DNA of 64,000 nucleotides. Source: a virus. Taxonomy: Duplodnaviria > Caudoviricetes. The stretch is taken from IMG/VR virus record IMGVR_UViG_3300022848_000005, one strand, 5' to 3'. The notes under the pieces are model-generated. The model had not been told where the DNA came from. It saw only the letters and a program-made list of their open reading frames with translations, and did no database searches. This document shows positions 10,234 to 19,318 of the stretch, one piece after another; within the stretch, counting starts at the first letter, position 1, and every line of letters starts with the position of its first letter. The translations under genes were made by a program, and so were the position numbers.

Positions 10234-10492
10234 CGAGGTTGTTACAGAAGGCTGGAAAGATCTAGCATCACAGTTTGCTGGCGGACTTGCTGGAAAATCC
10301 GCTGACACTGTTAATTATGAAAAACAGAAAGCAGGAACAGAAAATGCAGAAAAAGAAAGAATACAAAAAGCGGCTAGAGAAAAAGGCATGTCAGTGCCAC
10401 AATACCTAGATTGGCTTAAAAAACAAGCAACAGCACAGGGTAGTAGTATTAGTCTTGACACTAATATTTCTGCCGCAAAAAAGGCGCATTAA
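10223..10492 (+). CDS. Putative internal head protein
   Basis: N-terminus MKVNEVVTE; shares AGGLAGKSA with the next gene. Confidence 0.5.
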   Translation: MKVNEVVTEGWKDLASQFAGGLAGKSADTVNYEKQKAGTENAEKERIQKAAREKGMSVPQYLDWLKKQATAQGSSISLDTNISAAKKAH

Positions 10493-11082
10493 TGAAAGTT
10501 AAAGAATTATTTGAGGCAGGGTTGTGGGCACAAATCGCAGGTGGTTTGGCAGGCAAAAGTGCTGGGCAAATTGATCGTGAAGAGCGATCCTATACAAAAC
10601 AACAAAAAGCAAACCAAACTGCACAACAGTCAGTAACTAATACGCCTGTACAACAAAAAGCAAACCAAACTGCACAACAGTCTCCTGCACAACTTAATGC
10701 AAATTTAGATGCTAAAATAGCGTATGCAAAGTCTAGAGGCTGGATTGGATCGAGGCCTACTAATCAGGATAAAGCATATCTTGACAGTGTGGATGTTGAT
10801 ATAGATCCAAACAGATTTAACAACGTTGATCCTAAAACATTTTTTATACCACACCAACCTCTTCATGTAAAATCCGCCCTGGACGAATTTTCTGTATCAA
10901 CAGTTGAACTTAACAGGGCGTTGGGATTTAAGCATCAAGAAGAATTTAAAGGATACTCTACTATAACACTTACACCAGCAGGTTGGTACTCTGTAAACAG
11001 ACAAGCATATATTAACCCTAACAGTAAAGCACAGACTGTGATTGACATGTTCTATAATAGAAGCAAGGGCGGAACACGATGA
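10492..11082 (+). CDS. Putative internal head protein with Q-rich repeat
   Basis: N-terminus MKVKELFE; QQKANQTAQQS occurs twice. Confidence 0.5.
   Translation: MKVKELFEAGLWAQIAGGLAGKSAGQIDREERSYTKQQKANQTAQQSVTNTPVQQKANQTAQQSPAQLNANLDAKIAYAKSRGWIGSRPTNQDKAYLDSVDVDIDPNRFNNVDPKTFFIPHQPLHVKSALDEFSVSTVELNRALGFKHQEEFKGYSTITLTPAGWYSVNRQAYINPNSKAQTVIDMFYNRSKGGTR
10599..10682 (+). repeat. 33-bp perfect direct repeat, two copies, period 51
   Basis: acaacaaaaagcaaaccaaactgcacaacagtc at 10599-10631 and 10650-10682. Confidence 0.9.
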
Positions 11083-11777
11083 TATCAGAAGGTGGTAAAG
11101 CAATTCCTTCAGCACTGCCAGTTACACTTAAGAACTTTGATGCTGTTAAGAAGAACTTACAAAAGGCGTTACCACTTGGTATAGACATGTACGCTATTGG
11201 TTCAGCAGGCAAGAAAGAAGTTAGCAGTGACGTTGATGTTCTTATTGATGCCGAACAGTTACTAGACATATTTCCGTTAGATGACTTAAAACTAGCTAGA
11301 CAAGCATTGGAAAAACATTTCCAAAACATGGGGCTAGAAGCAAAACGCACTGGTGTTAGTATACACGTTGGCGTACCTAACGGTGAAGGCGGTGTGGCAC
11401 AAGTAGACTTAATGGCAGTTAATAATGCACAAGCGGCACAGCCATTGCATACACATGATTATACTGATCCCAACATGAAAGGTGGGACACTACATGCTAT
11501 GTGGGCAGACCTAGCAAACATGAGTGCGACACCTGAAGCAGAAAGTTTAATGATGAGTCCATACAAAGGACTAGTTAACAGGGAAACTAAGGAATTGGTC
11601 TCCAACAACAAAGATGAAATAGCAAAGATTATTATTGGTCCCAGTGCCACAGCAGACGACATGGGCAATCCCACAAAGTTACTAAAGGCATTGGAGCCCT
11701 ATCCTAAAAAGTACGACGCAATTAAAAACAAATACATGGCAACAGAGTGGAATCAAAAATGGCAGAACCTACAGTAG
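11079..11777 (+). CDS. Pol-beta superfamily nucleotidyltransferase
   Basis: IGSAGKKEVSSDVDV (GS...DxD) plus a distal QVDLM Asp. Confidence 0.7.
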   Translation: MISEGGKAIPSALPVTLKNFDAVKKNLQKALPLGIDMYAIGSAGKKEVSSDVDVLIDAEQLLDIFPLDDLKLARQALEKHFQNMGLEAKRTGVSIHVGVPNGEGGVAQVDLMAVNNAQAAQPLHTHDYTDPNMKGGTLHAMWADLANMSATPEAESLMMSPYKGLVNRETKELVSNNKDEIAKIIIGPSATADDMGNPTKLLKALEPYPKKYDAIKNKYMATEWNQKWQNLQ

Positions 11778-12874
11778 GCAGAAAGTATCAACACATTGAA
11801 GATCTGGTATTCACTAACGGCAGTCGTGGTGGACTACATGCTGTTGGGCGTCTTAAAGACATGCAAGAGTCCGGCGGTATAGAAATAAAGTGGGACGGAA
11901 TGCCTGTAGTGTACTGGGGAGAAGTTCACGGTAAGTTTACGGTTCTGATGAAGAATGCTCTTGCATACCTTAAGCGTGGTGTGAGAGAGGTTGGTGCAGG
12001 TATCCCTACACTGGCAACAGGACCGCAGGATGTAACAGACTTCGTAGCAGGTACAGGTAAGATTAAACCAGAACAACAAGATGCTAGACAGGCACTTGCT
12101 AAAGACATGGGTGCATTATGGCCTTACTTACGTAACGCAAGTCCTAAAAAGGGACTAGTGGAAGGTGGGTTATTGTTCCATCCAGGAAAGCCTGCTGTGT
12201 TAAACAAAGCAACAAACGAATACGAGTTCCAACCTAATGTAACAAAGTTTCATATTCCAGCAGACAGCAATTTAGGCAAGCGTATTGCTACTGCAACAAT
12301 CATGGTAGCGATTACTGGATACCAAGAAGACATAATGTCGCCTGAAGGTCGTCTGGATAATGTAGAGAAGTTAAGCACACCGGATGTCATTGTACAAGGC
12401 ACAGCGTATACTGAAGAAAAACCTAAACTTGACGACAAAGGGTTAGGTATTGTGGAACGTTATATTAGCAGTAATGCCAGTAAAATAGATGACTTTATTG
12501 GTGGCCAGTCAGGATTAAAAAGACCAGGCGATGTGTTATATAAGTTCTACAATCAGTCGCTTAGAATACCAGGTGCAAAGAAAGGTTTTACAGACTGGGT
12601 ACAAAATAACTTAAGTGCTGAGCAAGCACAAAAAGTTTTAAACCATCCTGGATTAGACGCTACGCTTAACGCAGTTGAAATGATAACAGGACAAAAGAAT
12701 CTGGTATTACAGCAGTTAGGGTCAGCAACACACGGTGATATCAGACAGACTAAACCAGAAGGTTATGTGCAAGCTCATCCAGGTAAAGAGTTTAAGGCTG
12801 ACTTACCGGGACAGTTTATTAAAATGATTGATCAACCGACTTGGACGCCTAACAGAGGCTTTAAAGATAAGTAG
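11747..12874 (+). CDS. ATP-dependent RNA/DNA ligase-fold protein
   Basis: EIKWDG (motif I, KxDG), LVEG (III), PEGYV (IV), FIKMID (V). Confidence 0.6.
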   Translation: MESKMAEPTVGRKYQHIEDLVFTNGSRGGLHAVGRLKDMQESGGIEIKWDGMPVVYWGEVHGKFTVLMKNALAYLKRGVREVGAGIPTLATGPQDVTDFVAGTGKIKPEQQDARQALAKDMGALWPYLRNASPKKGLVEGGLLFHPGKPAVLNKATNEYEFQPNVTKFHIPADSNLGKRIATATIMVAITGYQEDIMSPEGRLDNVEKLSTPDVIVQGTAYTEEKPKLDDKGLGIVERYISSNASKIDDFIGGQSGLKRPGDVLYKFYNQSLRIPGAKKGFTDWVQNNLSAEQAQKVLNHPGLDATLNAVEMITGQKNLVLQQLGSATHGDIRQTKPEGYVQAHPGKEFKADLPGQFIKMIDQPTWTPNRGFKDK

Positions 12875-12878
12875 TACT

Positions 12879-13469
12879 ATGAGAGCAAAAGAAATATTAA
12901 GAGAAGCACCAGAACAACGTGTAGCCTTTAGTTGGGGTAGGTTTCAGCCACCACACTTAGGACACGCAGAGGTGTTTAAGAAACTGGAGTCAGTAGGAAA
13001 CTATGGTTTCTGGATAGGCACGGGACAAACAACCGATCCTAAAAAGAATCCATTGCAGTATGCAGACAAAGTTGCTATACTGAAACAGATGTTTCCTGGG
13101 CACAGCGACAACATATTATCTGACCCCAGTATTAAGACAGTATACAATGCTATTGTAGCAATATATAACAAATACGATCCCAAAGAAGCAGAGAACATTA
13201 CTTTAGTTTTTGTTGGTGATCCAGAAAGAATTAACGACTTCGTTGGTAGTTTTAAAAAGTTTAATGGTGTTGAAGCACGTCATGGTTATTACAAGTTTAA
13301 AGATGTAACCGGATTTGCTAACACCGATAAAGGTGATGTGAGAGCAACAGATGTTCGAGGTGCAGTGCAGGCTAAGGACATGACAAAATTTCAACAACTT
13401 ACTGGTTTAACTGGTGAGTTGGCTCAGACAGTTTTTAACAAGGTAGCAAAGGGAATGGGCGTTGTTTGA
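12879..13469 (+). CDS. HIGH-family cytidylyl/adenylyltransferase-like protein
   Basis: WGRFQPPHLGH, KNPL, VGDPER, RATDVR; start MRAKEILRE. Confidence 0.8.
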   Translation: MRAKEILREAPEQRVAFSWGRFQPPHLGHAEVFKKLESVGNYGFWIGTGQTTDPKKNPLQYADKVAILKQMFPGHSDNILSDPSIKTVYNAIVAIYNKYDPKEAENITLVFVGDPERINDFVGSFKKFNGVEARHGYYKFKDVTGFANTDKGDVRATDVRGAVQAKDMTKFQQLTGLTGELAQTVFNKVAKGMGVV

Positions 13470-14019
13470 CTTTATTCAAGAATTAAATGAAAGCAGGATT
13501 TTTAGGTACGAACACGACTTCGAGGGGATGTCTGCTCGTGACCTAGGTCATCTACTGTATCAAATTGTTATGATGTTGGAAATTATTAGACATTATGACA
13601 AAAACTGGGTTAAACAGTATGCTAAGAAGACATATCAGTTTGGGGGGTTTCCAGGAATGAAGGCTGCCCAAACTGATATGTACAATCTTATAAGTGTTGT
13701 TAATAACCAAGACAAATATGACACGTATTTAAAGACTGACAAGTCAGTGTATGTTCCTGACTTTGGCATCAAACGTTATTTGTTAGACATTATTAACGAT
13801 AATAGACACATCACCAGAGACAGAGCACTATTCACTAAACTAGAAGACACATTAAAAGTACAGGATAGTGCTCTTAAAAACATCAGACGCTTAGTAAGTT
13901 ACTGGGACAACTACAGTGACGCACAAAAGAAAACAACAGTAGTAAATCTTAGACAGAACGTTCGTTCTGACACTCCTTATATTGACGTATACTGGTCAAA
14001 ATTTAAAGAACTAGCATAA
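13462..14019 (+). CDS. Hypothetical protein
   Basis: 185-aa ORF overlapping the upstream stop. Confidence 0.6.
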   Translation: MFDFIQELNESRIFRYEHDFEGMSARDLGHLLYQIVMMLEIIRHYDKNWVKQYAKKTYQFGGFPGMKAAQTDMYNLISVVNNQDKYDTYLKTDKSVYVPDFGIKRYLLDIINDNRHITRDRALFTKLEDTLKVQDSALKNIRRLVSYWDNYSDAQKKTTVVNLRQNVRSDTPYIDVYWSKFKELA

Positions 14020-14070
14020 ATAATAGTAAGTTAGCGAACAGGCTAATAATAAAATTTAAGGAGTTTTAAA

Positions 14071-14529
14071 ATGGCAGACGTAACAAGAGTACATGGTAAC
14101 GCACATGGTGTGGTTCATCAGGACAGAGGCCTCTCTGGTAGTGGAGCATTAAGTGGTGACGAGTTAGTAGTTAACATTGGTAGAAGTGCTAAGTTCTTTG
14201 GAATCGTTATTTACAACGCATCTGGATCAGGCGGCGCAGGTAATGTCGATCTACAAAACGAATTAGACGCTGGCGAATCAGTTGAAGCAATTCTTAAAGC
14301 AGTTGCGGCATCTACCGTTTCTAGCGTACAATACGGTGGTGAGATTTTAGCATATCAGGTACAAGACGATGCTAACGGTCAAATCAGCGTTATGGTTGCT
14401 GGTTCAAATTGGACAGGCGCAACATTGCAAACAGCAATTCGTGCATTAGGCGCAACAGTTGGTGGCAATTCAAAAGACGTAACAGGCACACTCGTAACAG
14501 ATACAGGCATGAAGTTAGCACTATCATAA
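14071..14529 (+). CDS. Putative virion structural protein (paralog A)
   Basis: Preceded by ATAAATA (14016) and the SD aaggag; G/A/T/V-rich; MADVTRVHG. Confidence 0.6.
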   Translation: MADVTRVHGNAHGVVHQDRGLSGSGALSGDELVVNIGRSAKFFGIVIYNASGSGGAGNVDLQNELDAGESVEAILKAVAASTVSSVQYGGEILAYQVQDDANGQISVMVAGSNWTGATLQTAIRALGATVGGNSKDVTGTLVTDTGMKLALS

Positions 14530-14548
14530 TTTAGAGTTTTAGTAACTT

Positions 14549-14582
14549 AAAAAAGGGCGCATATTATTTGCGCCTTTTTTTT
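14549..14582. terminator. Rho-independent terminator, bidirectional-type
   Basis: aaaaaagggcgca-tattatt-tgcgcc followed by a T-tract. Confidence 0.8.
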
Positions 14583-14590
14583 ATAACCAG

Positions 14591-14598
14591 TATAAATA
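14591..14598 (+). promoter_or_regulatory. T4-late-promoter-like TATAAATA
   Basis: Exact motif between the terminator and the SD of 14629. Confidence 0.6.
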
Positions 14599-14628
14599 CT
14601 ACAAATACATTTAATTAAGGAGTGACAA

Positions 14629-15060
14629 ATGGCAGATTTAACAAGAGTACACGGTAGCCCATCAGGTAACGTGTCATATGACAGATCAGTAGCAAACGTT
14701 GGTAACATCTCAGCAGACGAACTAGTAGATGTTGTAGGTCGTAAGTTAGACTTTTTCAAAATTGTTATTCAAAACGGTTCTAGTACTAACCAAGACTTGC
14801 GTTCAGAAATGGGACCTAACGAGTGTGTAGAAAAAGTTTTACAAATTATCCAAAACTACACAGACGGTACTAACGAAGGAACTGCAACTCTCGTAGCATA
14901 TCAGGTAGAAGGCGACGACACAGGACAAATCAGTGTTGCAGTTGAAGGTTCTAGCTGGACAGCGTCAGCATTGCAGGCGTCCATTCGTGCTACTACAACA
15001 TTGAACTCAATCAATGTTACAGGTACAGACGTTACAGCACCTGGGTTAGATTTAGCATAA
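14629..15060 (+). CDS. Putative virion structural protein (paralog B)
   Basis: MADLTRVHG; shares AYQV.xD..GQISV.V.GS.WT with 14071. Confidence 0.6.
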   Translation: MADLTRVHGSPSGNVSYDRSVANVGNISADELVDVVGRKLDFFKIVIQNGSSTNQDLRSEMGPNECVEKVLQIIQNYTDGTNEGTATLVAYQVEGDDTGQISVAVEGSSWTASALQASIRATTTLNSINVTGTDVTAPGLDLA

Positions 15061-15081
15061 TACTAAATTAACACTATAAAT

Positions 15082-15112
15082 AAAAAGGCATACATTTTGT
15101 GTGCCTTTTTTT
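15082..15112. terminator. Rho-independent terminator
   Basis: aaaaaggcatac-atttt-gtgtgcc followed by a T-tract. Confidence 0.7.
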
Positions 15113-15529
15113 ATGCACTGTCAAAGTTTACATAGAGATTTAAGAATACAGCAAGTGCCCTTAACACAATTAAGTTCACTTTTTATACACCCCAACGAAC
15201 GTTTTAAATGGAAGGTTCTCCCAACGATGCGGGATCAAGGTATGTATTACCCATTAGCAGTGTGTAAGATAACAACGGAGTTGTTTAGTAAACAATTCTG
15301 GGGTAAACTTAAAGTAGATCCTGTAGTAAACGAGGATAATTTAGTCTGGGCAATTAAAATGGGAGCTAATAGATATGATGCCGCCCTTCATCTTGGATAT
15401 ACATCTATAGATGTAATTATACATCCCAATCTAAATGATTGTATTACCTGGGACCGTTACTTTAAGTATGTTAATCCTTTATTCAATAAAGATCCTGAGC
15501 CTTACCAGGCAAAGTTTACATATGAGTAA
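15101..15529 (+). CDS. ParB/sulfiredoxin-like domain protein (tentative)
   Basis: YPLAV...MGANRYDAALHLGYTSIDVII resembles the ParB N-terminal motif. Confidence 0.4.
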   Translation: MPFFMHCQSLHRDLRIQQVPLTQLSSLFIHPNERFKWKVLPTMRDQGMYYPLAVCKITTELFSKQFWGKLKVDPVVNEDNLVWAIKMGANRYDAALHLGYTSIDVIIHPNLNDCITWDRYFKYVNPLFNKDPEPYQAKFTYE

Positions 15530-16028
15530 AATACACGGTCATAGTGCAGGCAGTGTGGAAGGCAGAGGCAGTTGTGTAATTGATTGTTATACACTAGTGG
15601 ATATGACTAGAACAGGCGTAGTAGCATACTACAAAGAAGGCATGCCTATGTTCAATGATGATGCAGATCAACTAATTAATGACGAGAAGTCCTGGATTAG
15701 AAGCCGTAATCAACAACGTAACTACGAAACCTGCATACAAGTAATTAGTTTAAGGGCCCAACCTGTGTATCTGGAAGATCCTAAACGATTGCGTAAACAG
15801 GACATGTCGCTCTATAATTTTACTGATATCACAGGCACCCACGACATCTGGCATTTTAGTTTTAGTCCAGAACAGCCGGATGTATACAGAATAGGTGACG
15901 ATCCTGTTGCCGCTCTTAATAATGATACACACAATATACCTATAATAACTGGTTTACACGAAACAGCAGTAGTAGAAATACCCATACTACATATAGGTAT
16001 AAATATATATTACAAACTCAGGTGGTAA
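15522..16028 (+). CDS. Hypothetical protein
   Basis: Likely start MSKIHG at 15522. Confidence 0.55.
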   Translation: MSKIHGHSAGSVEGRGSCVIDCYTLVDMTRTGVVAYYKEGMPMFNDDADQLINDEKSWIRSRNQQRNYETCIQVISLRAQPVYLEDPKRLRKQDMSLYNFTDITGTHDIWHFSFSPEQPDVYRIGDDPVAALNNDTHNIPIITGLHETAVVEIPILHIGINIYYKLRW

Positions 16029-16133
16029 AAGGAATAAATACTTGGGTAATAAACGGCACATATACTAGGCACTCACTACTCTGGCACTATCAACAGGCAT
16101 AGCTCTATCAGTTTTAACTTACATAGGAAGAGA

Positions 16134-16424
16134 GTGGTGACAATTAAACAACAAACAATCGAGAAGAAAAATCTTTCCGCCCACGTAGATTTATGTGCCG
16201 AAAGGTACAAAGAATTGAACATTAATTTTAAAATCCTAGAGAACCGATTAGATTCTTTATCTACCCACTTGTTGGGTCTGAAAGAGGACATGAATAAGGT
16301 CACAGCCCGCATTAATAACCGCATCTTAACTATTGCAGGTACTACTATTGCTGTTATGACCACTGCTGTTATAGCCTTAGTGCTGAAACTAATTGATGTT
16401 ATTTCAATCATGCCTGTATCCTAA
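16134..16424 (+). CDS. Coiled-coil protein with C-terminal transmembrane helix (holin-like architecture)
   Basis: Heptad-rich middle, hydrophobic C-terminal stretch. Confidence 0.45.
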   Translation: MVTIKQQTIEKKNLSAHVDLCAERYKELNINFKILENRLDSLSTHLLGLKEDMNKVTARINNRILTIAGTTIAVMTTAVIALVLKLIDVISIMPVS

Positions 16425-16426
16425 AT

Positions 16427-16903
16427 GTGAAAACTCAAACAGCAATAAAACTTAAACAGTCAGCAAAAAAACTTAAACAGTTTACTACTAAGCATCTGCC
16501 AGATATATTATTCAATAGCCCTGATATAATTTGGGCCAAGGAAGATAATAGTCTTATGGTAGGAGAACTGCGTGTTTATAAGAATAAACACGGTACCTAC
16601 TCAGTAAATCTAGCTGGTGGCAAGGTATGTAATTTCTATAAACAAAAACATGCGGTATGTTATGCCAGTTATTACCAACTATGCAACCTCAATCGCTGTA
16701 GTAATATTGCTATTTTAGACAGTAAATTAGAAAATTACACACAAGATGTAGAGTACTACAAACAACAACTAACACTACACTACAAAAACAACAATAAGGA
16801 TAAGTTTTTGCTATACTATGCTAGATATAGTCAAGCTCTTCCAATCAAGAAACAAACCGAACAGGAATGTAAGAAAAGTATCTTTCTGGCTAAATATAAT
16901 TAA
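16427..16903 (+). CDS. Hypothetical protein
   Basis: 158-aa ORF in the operon. Confidence 0.55.
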   Translation: MKTQTAIKLKQSAKKLKQFTTKHLPDILFNSPDIIWAKEDNSLMVGELRVYKNKHGTYSVNLAGGKVCNFYKQKHAVCYASYYQLCNLNRCSNIAILDSKLENYTQDVEYYKQQLTLHYKNNNKDKFLLYYARYSQALPIKKQTEQECKKSIFLAKYN

Positions 16904-16920
16904 ATTTAGGAATTCTTAAT

Positions 16921-17553
16921 ATGCAACTTAACGACTTAAAGAGAAAAAACACAAAAAAAGTAATGGAAAGCAGATTTGGCTTTGCTGTTAACTTTGATAG
17001 AATGACAGTGGAAAAAGCGGAAGGGTTGTTAGAAACAATTTCTTCTGGTATGGAGAACGTCCGTAACAGCAGTTCTTTCCACACAGCCGAAAAGAACCCA
17101 CGTTATATGGAACTTTTAATGGTTAAAGAGAGTCTAACTGACTGGTTAGATGACACAGTTGAAGTAGTGGTAGAAGGTGAAGTACAAACTGCTGAAGTTC
17201 TGTTAGCTGCCAAGGACATTACAGATAGATTACAAGGTATGGTAGAGGATTTGGGAGAAATTCTAAACGAAGATCTTCCACCATTAGGCGATAGCATTAA
17301 TGACCAGATGGGCGGAGGCAAAGGCACACAGTATGTTAATTCAGCAAGCGCCACAATCCAGGGGTTATTAGATGCAATGACGGCCGCACGAATGTCATTA
17401 GACGATGCAAGTAAAATCGTTACTGGTGAAGGTCCTGATCCTGCAATGGCAGGTGAGATGCCCGTAGAAGAGCCTGCAATGGCAGATATGCCAGAAGAAG
17501 AGCCTATGATAGAGCCTGAAGAGGACGAGCCAGTCGGCAGAGAAATGCGCTAA
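16921..17553 (+). CDS. Acidic protein, possibly prohead scaffold/core-like
   Basis: E/P-rich acidic C-terminus; TAAATA upstream; SD aggaa. Confidence 0.45.
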   Translation: MQLNDLKRKNTKKVMESRFGFAVNFDRMTVEKAEGLLETISSGMENVRNSSSFHTAEKNPRYMELLMVKESLTDWLDDTVEVVVEGEVQTAEVLLAAKDITDRLQGMVEDLGEILNEDLPPLGDSINDQMGGGKGTQYVNSASATIQGLLDAMTAARMSLDDASKIVTGEGPDPAMAGEMPVEEPAMADMPEEEPMIEPEEDEPVGREMR

Positions 17554-17900
17554 TGCGTTTTTCAGAGTTACATGAAGATCAACAGGAGCTAGTCTCAAAG
17601 CTGGCTTCTGTCCTTGAGTTCCTTAAAGGTCGATCTCAAGATAGCGGCTTACAGCCAAATATCACTTTAAACAGTCTAGTAAAAATGGTTGGCAATACAG
17701 GAACACAAATTGATCCTAATACAATACAACAGTTGTTTAACGAGCCAACAATACGAAACCTAATTAAAAATATAGACGGTAACATGGTTACTCTTAATTT
17801 AGATGGTGGAATGACCCAATTACAGCCTGGTGGTGGCAACATGCCTCCTGAGGTTAAAGTTAACCAAATGGCAAAAAGAGCATTGAGTCGTAGACAATAA
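17553..17900 (+). CDS. Hypothetical protein
   Basis: 115-aa ORF; N-terminus MRFSELHE. Confidence 0.55.
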   Translation: MRFSELHEDQQELVSKLASVLEFLKGRSQDSGLQPNITLNSLVKMVGNTGTQIDPNTIQQLFNEPTIRNLIKNIDGNMVTLNLDGGMTQLQPGGGNMPPEVKVNQMAKRALSRRQ

Positions 17901-17917
17901 TCTGTTATAATACACAC

Positions 17918-18232
17918 ATGATTACATTTACCCCCCGAGCATACGATCACTTTTACAAGTACGTAAGTGATAATAAAACCCTACGAATAAGTTTTAAACA
18001 ACAAGGCTGTACTGGTTATAGTTATCAACTTGACTGGCTCGATCACATACCAGAAGGCTTCAAGGTTAGTAAGCAAGGTGATGTAACTTATACATGGGAC
18101 CCTGTGCATGAAGACTGGCTTACCGGCACAACTGTAGACATGCAAGTTAAAGGTCTTAATAATTTATTAGTATTCCTAAACCCTAACGAAATAGCTAGTT
18201 GTGGGTGCGGGGAAAGTGTTACTTTTAAATAA
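17918..18232 (+). CDS. iscA: IscA/HesB-type Fe-S cluster assembly protein
   Basis: QQGCTGYSY and C-terminal CGCGES. Confidence 0.85.
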   Translation: MITFTPRAYDHFYKYVSDNKTLRISFKQQGCTGYSYQLDWLDHIPEGFKVSKQGDVTYTWDPVHEDWLTGTTVDMQVKGLNNLLVFLNPNEIASCGCGESVTFK

Positions 18233-18252
18233 ATACACTAAAGGATACTAGC

Positions 18253-18612
18253 ATGGCATTTTTACCAACATCAGCAAACGCAAGAGAACAATCGCAAGGC
18301 AACGCCGTAGTTGCTGGCGAGATTGCAATCTTAACACAGCGTGTACTAATCGCAATTAGTTCGGGTGTGTTTACTATTACTGCCACAAGTGCAACCACTA
18401 TTACTATTAACGGTACCACTATTACTGGCAGTGTAATGACCAACGCTGATGCAACAGGTAGAGAATATTACACAGCCTGGCAAGGCACAACGACAGATGC
18501 AGTAAAAACCGAGCAGATGACAGAAGTTATCTCGCATTTTCAAAAACTAGGATATGCTATTGTCCGCAAATCAACAACAGGTACTGAGCTATATTGGCAA
18601 ATGTCCTGGTAA
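18253..18612 (+). CDS. Putative virion protein
   Basis: T-rich; ATAAATA at 18229. Confidence 0.5.
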   Translation: MAFLPTSANAREQSQGNAVVAGEIAILTQRVLIAISSGVFTITATSATTITINGTTITGSVMTNADATGREYYTAWQGTTTDAVKTEQMTEVISHFQKLGYAIVRKSTTGTELYWQMSW

Positions 18613-18615
18613 TCG

Positions 18616-19290
18616 ATGATCACAGACCGATACGAATACGTAAGAATCAATAGAAAAAACATAGACGGAAAAAGACATTACCTCACACCAGAGGGAGATG
18701 CTGTTCCATCTGTAACTACTGTTCTTGATAAAACTAAACCTGCTGAAAAAATGCAGGCACTAATGAACTGGCGAAAGCGTGTAGGTGAAACCAAAGCACA
18801 ACAGATAGTAACTGAAGCCGCCAACGTTGGTACAGTTCTACACAAAAAACTAGAAGAATACTGTTTAGGTACACTGGAAGCACCAGGTAGTAACCTTATA
18901 CAACAACAAGCAGACAAGATGGCTCGTGTGGTTATTGACACTGGGCTAACGGATATGAATGAGTGTTGGGGGGTAGAGGTTCCTTTGTACTACTCGGGGC
19001 TATATGCTGGCACAACAGACTGTGTGTGCATGTTTAAAGGTGAGCCTGCTGTCTTAGACTTTAAACAAACGAACAAGCCTAAAAAACGTGAATGGATTGA
19101 GGATTACTTCCTGCAATTAAGTGCGTATATTTTAGCACACGACAAAACACACAACACCGAGATTAAACGTGGTGTGATTTTAATGTGTTCAAGAGATTTA
19201 ACCTACCAACAGTTTGAGATCGAAGGTGACGAACTAGAGTTCTGGAAACAGAAATGGTGGGATAGAGTAGAGCAATATTATAATAAATAA
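18616..19290 (+). CDS. PD-(D/E)XK (RecB/Cas4-like) exonuclease
   Basis: PSVTTVL, GTVLH, GTTD, LDFKQ, QLSAY. Confidence 0.8.
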   Translation: MITDRYEYVRINRKNIDGKRHYLTPEGDAVPSVTTVLDKTKPAEKMQALMNWRKRVGETKAQQIVTEAANVGTVLHKKLEEYCLGTLEAPGSNLIQQQADKMARVVIDTGLTDMNECWGVEVPLYYSGLYAGTTDCVCMFKGEPAVLDFKQTNKPKKREWIEDYFLQLSAYILAHDKTHNTEIKRGVILMCSRDLTYQQFEIEGDELEFWKQKWWDRVEQYYNK

Positions 19291-19318
19291 GTAAAATACA
19301 TTAGTAAGGACTCCTAAC

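Noticed and set aside
18616-19290. Cas4 as evidence of a CRISPR-Cas system
   Set aside because: There are no other cas genes or array. Stand-alone PD-(D/E)XK nucleases are common phage recombination genes.
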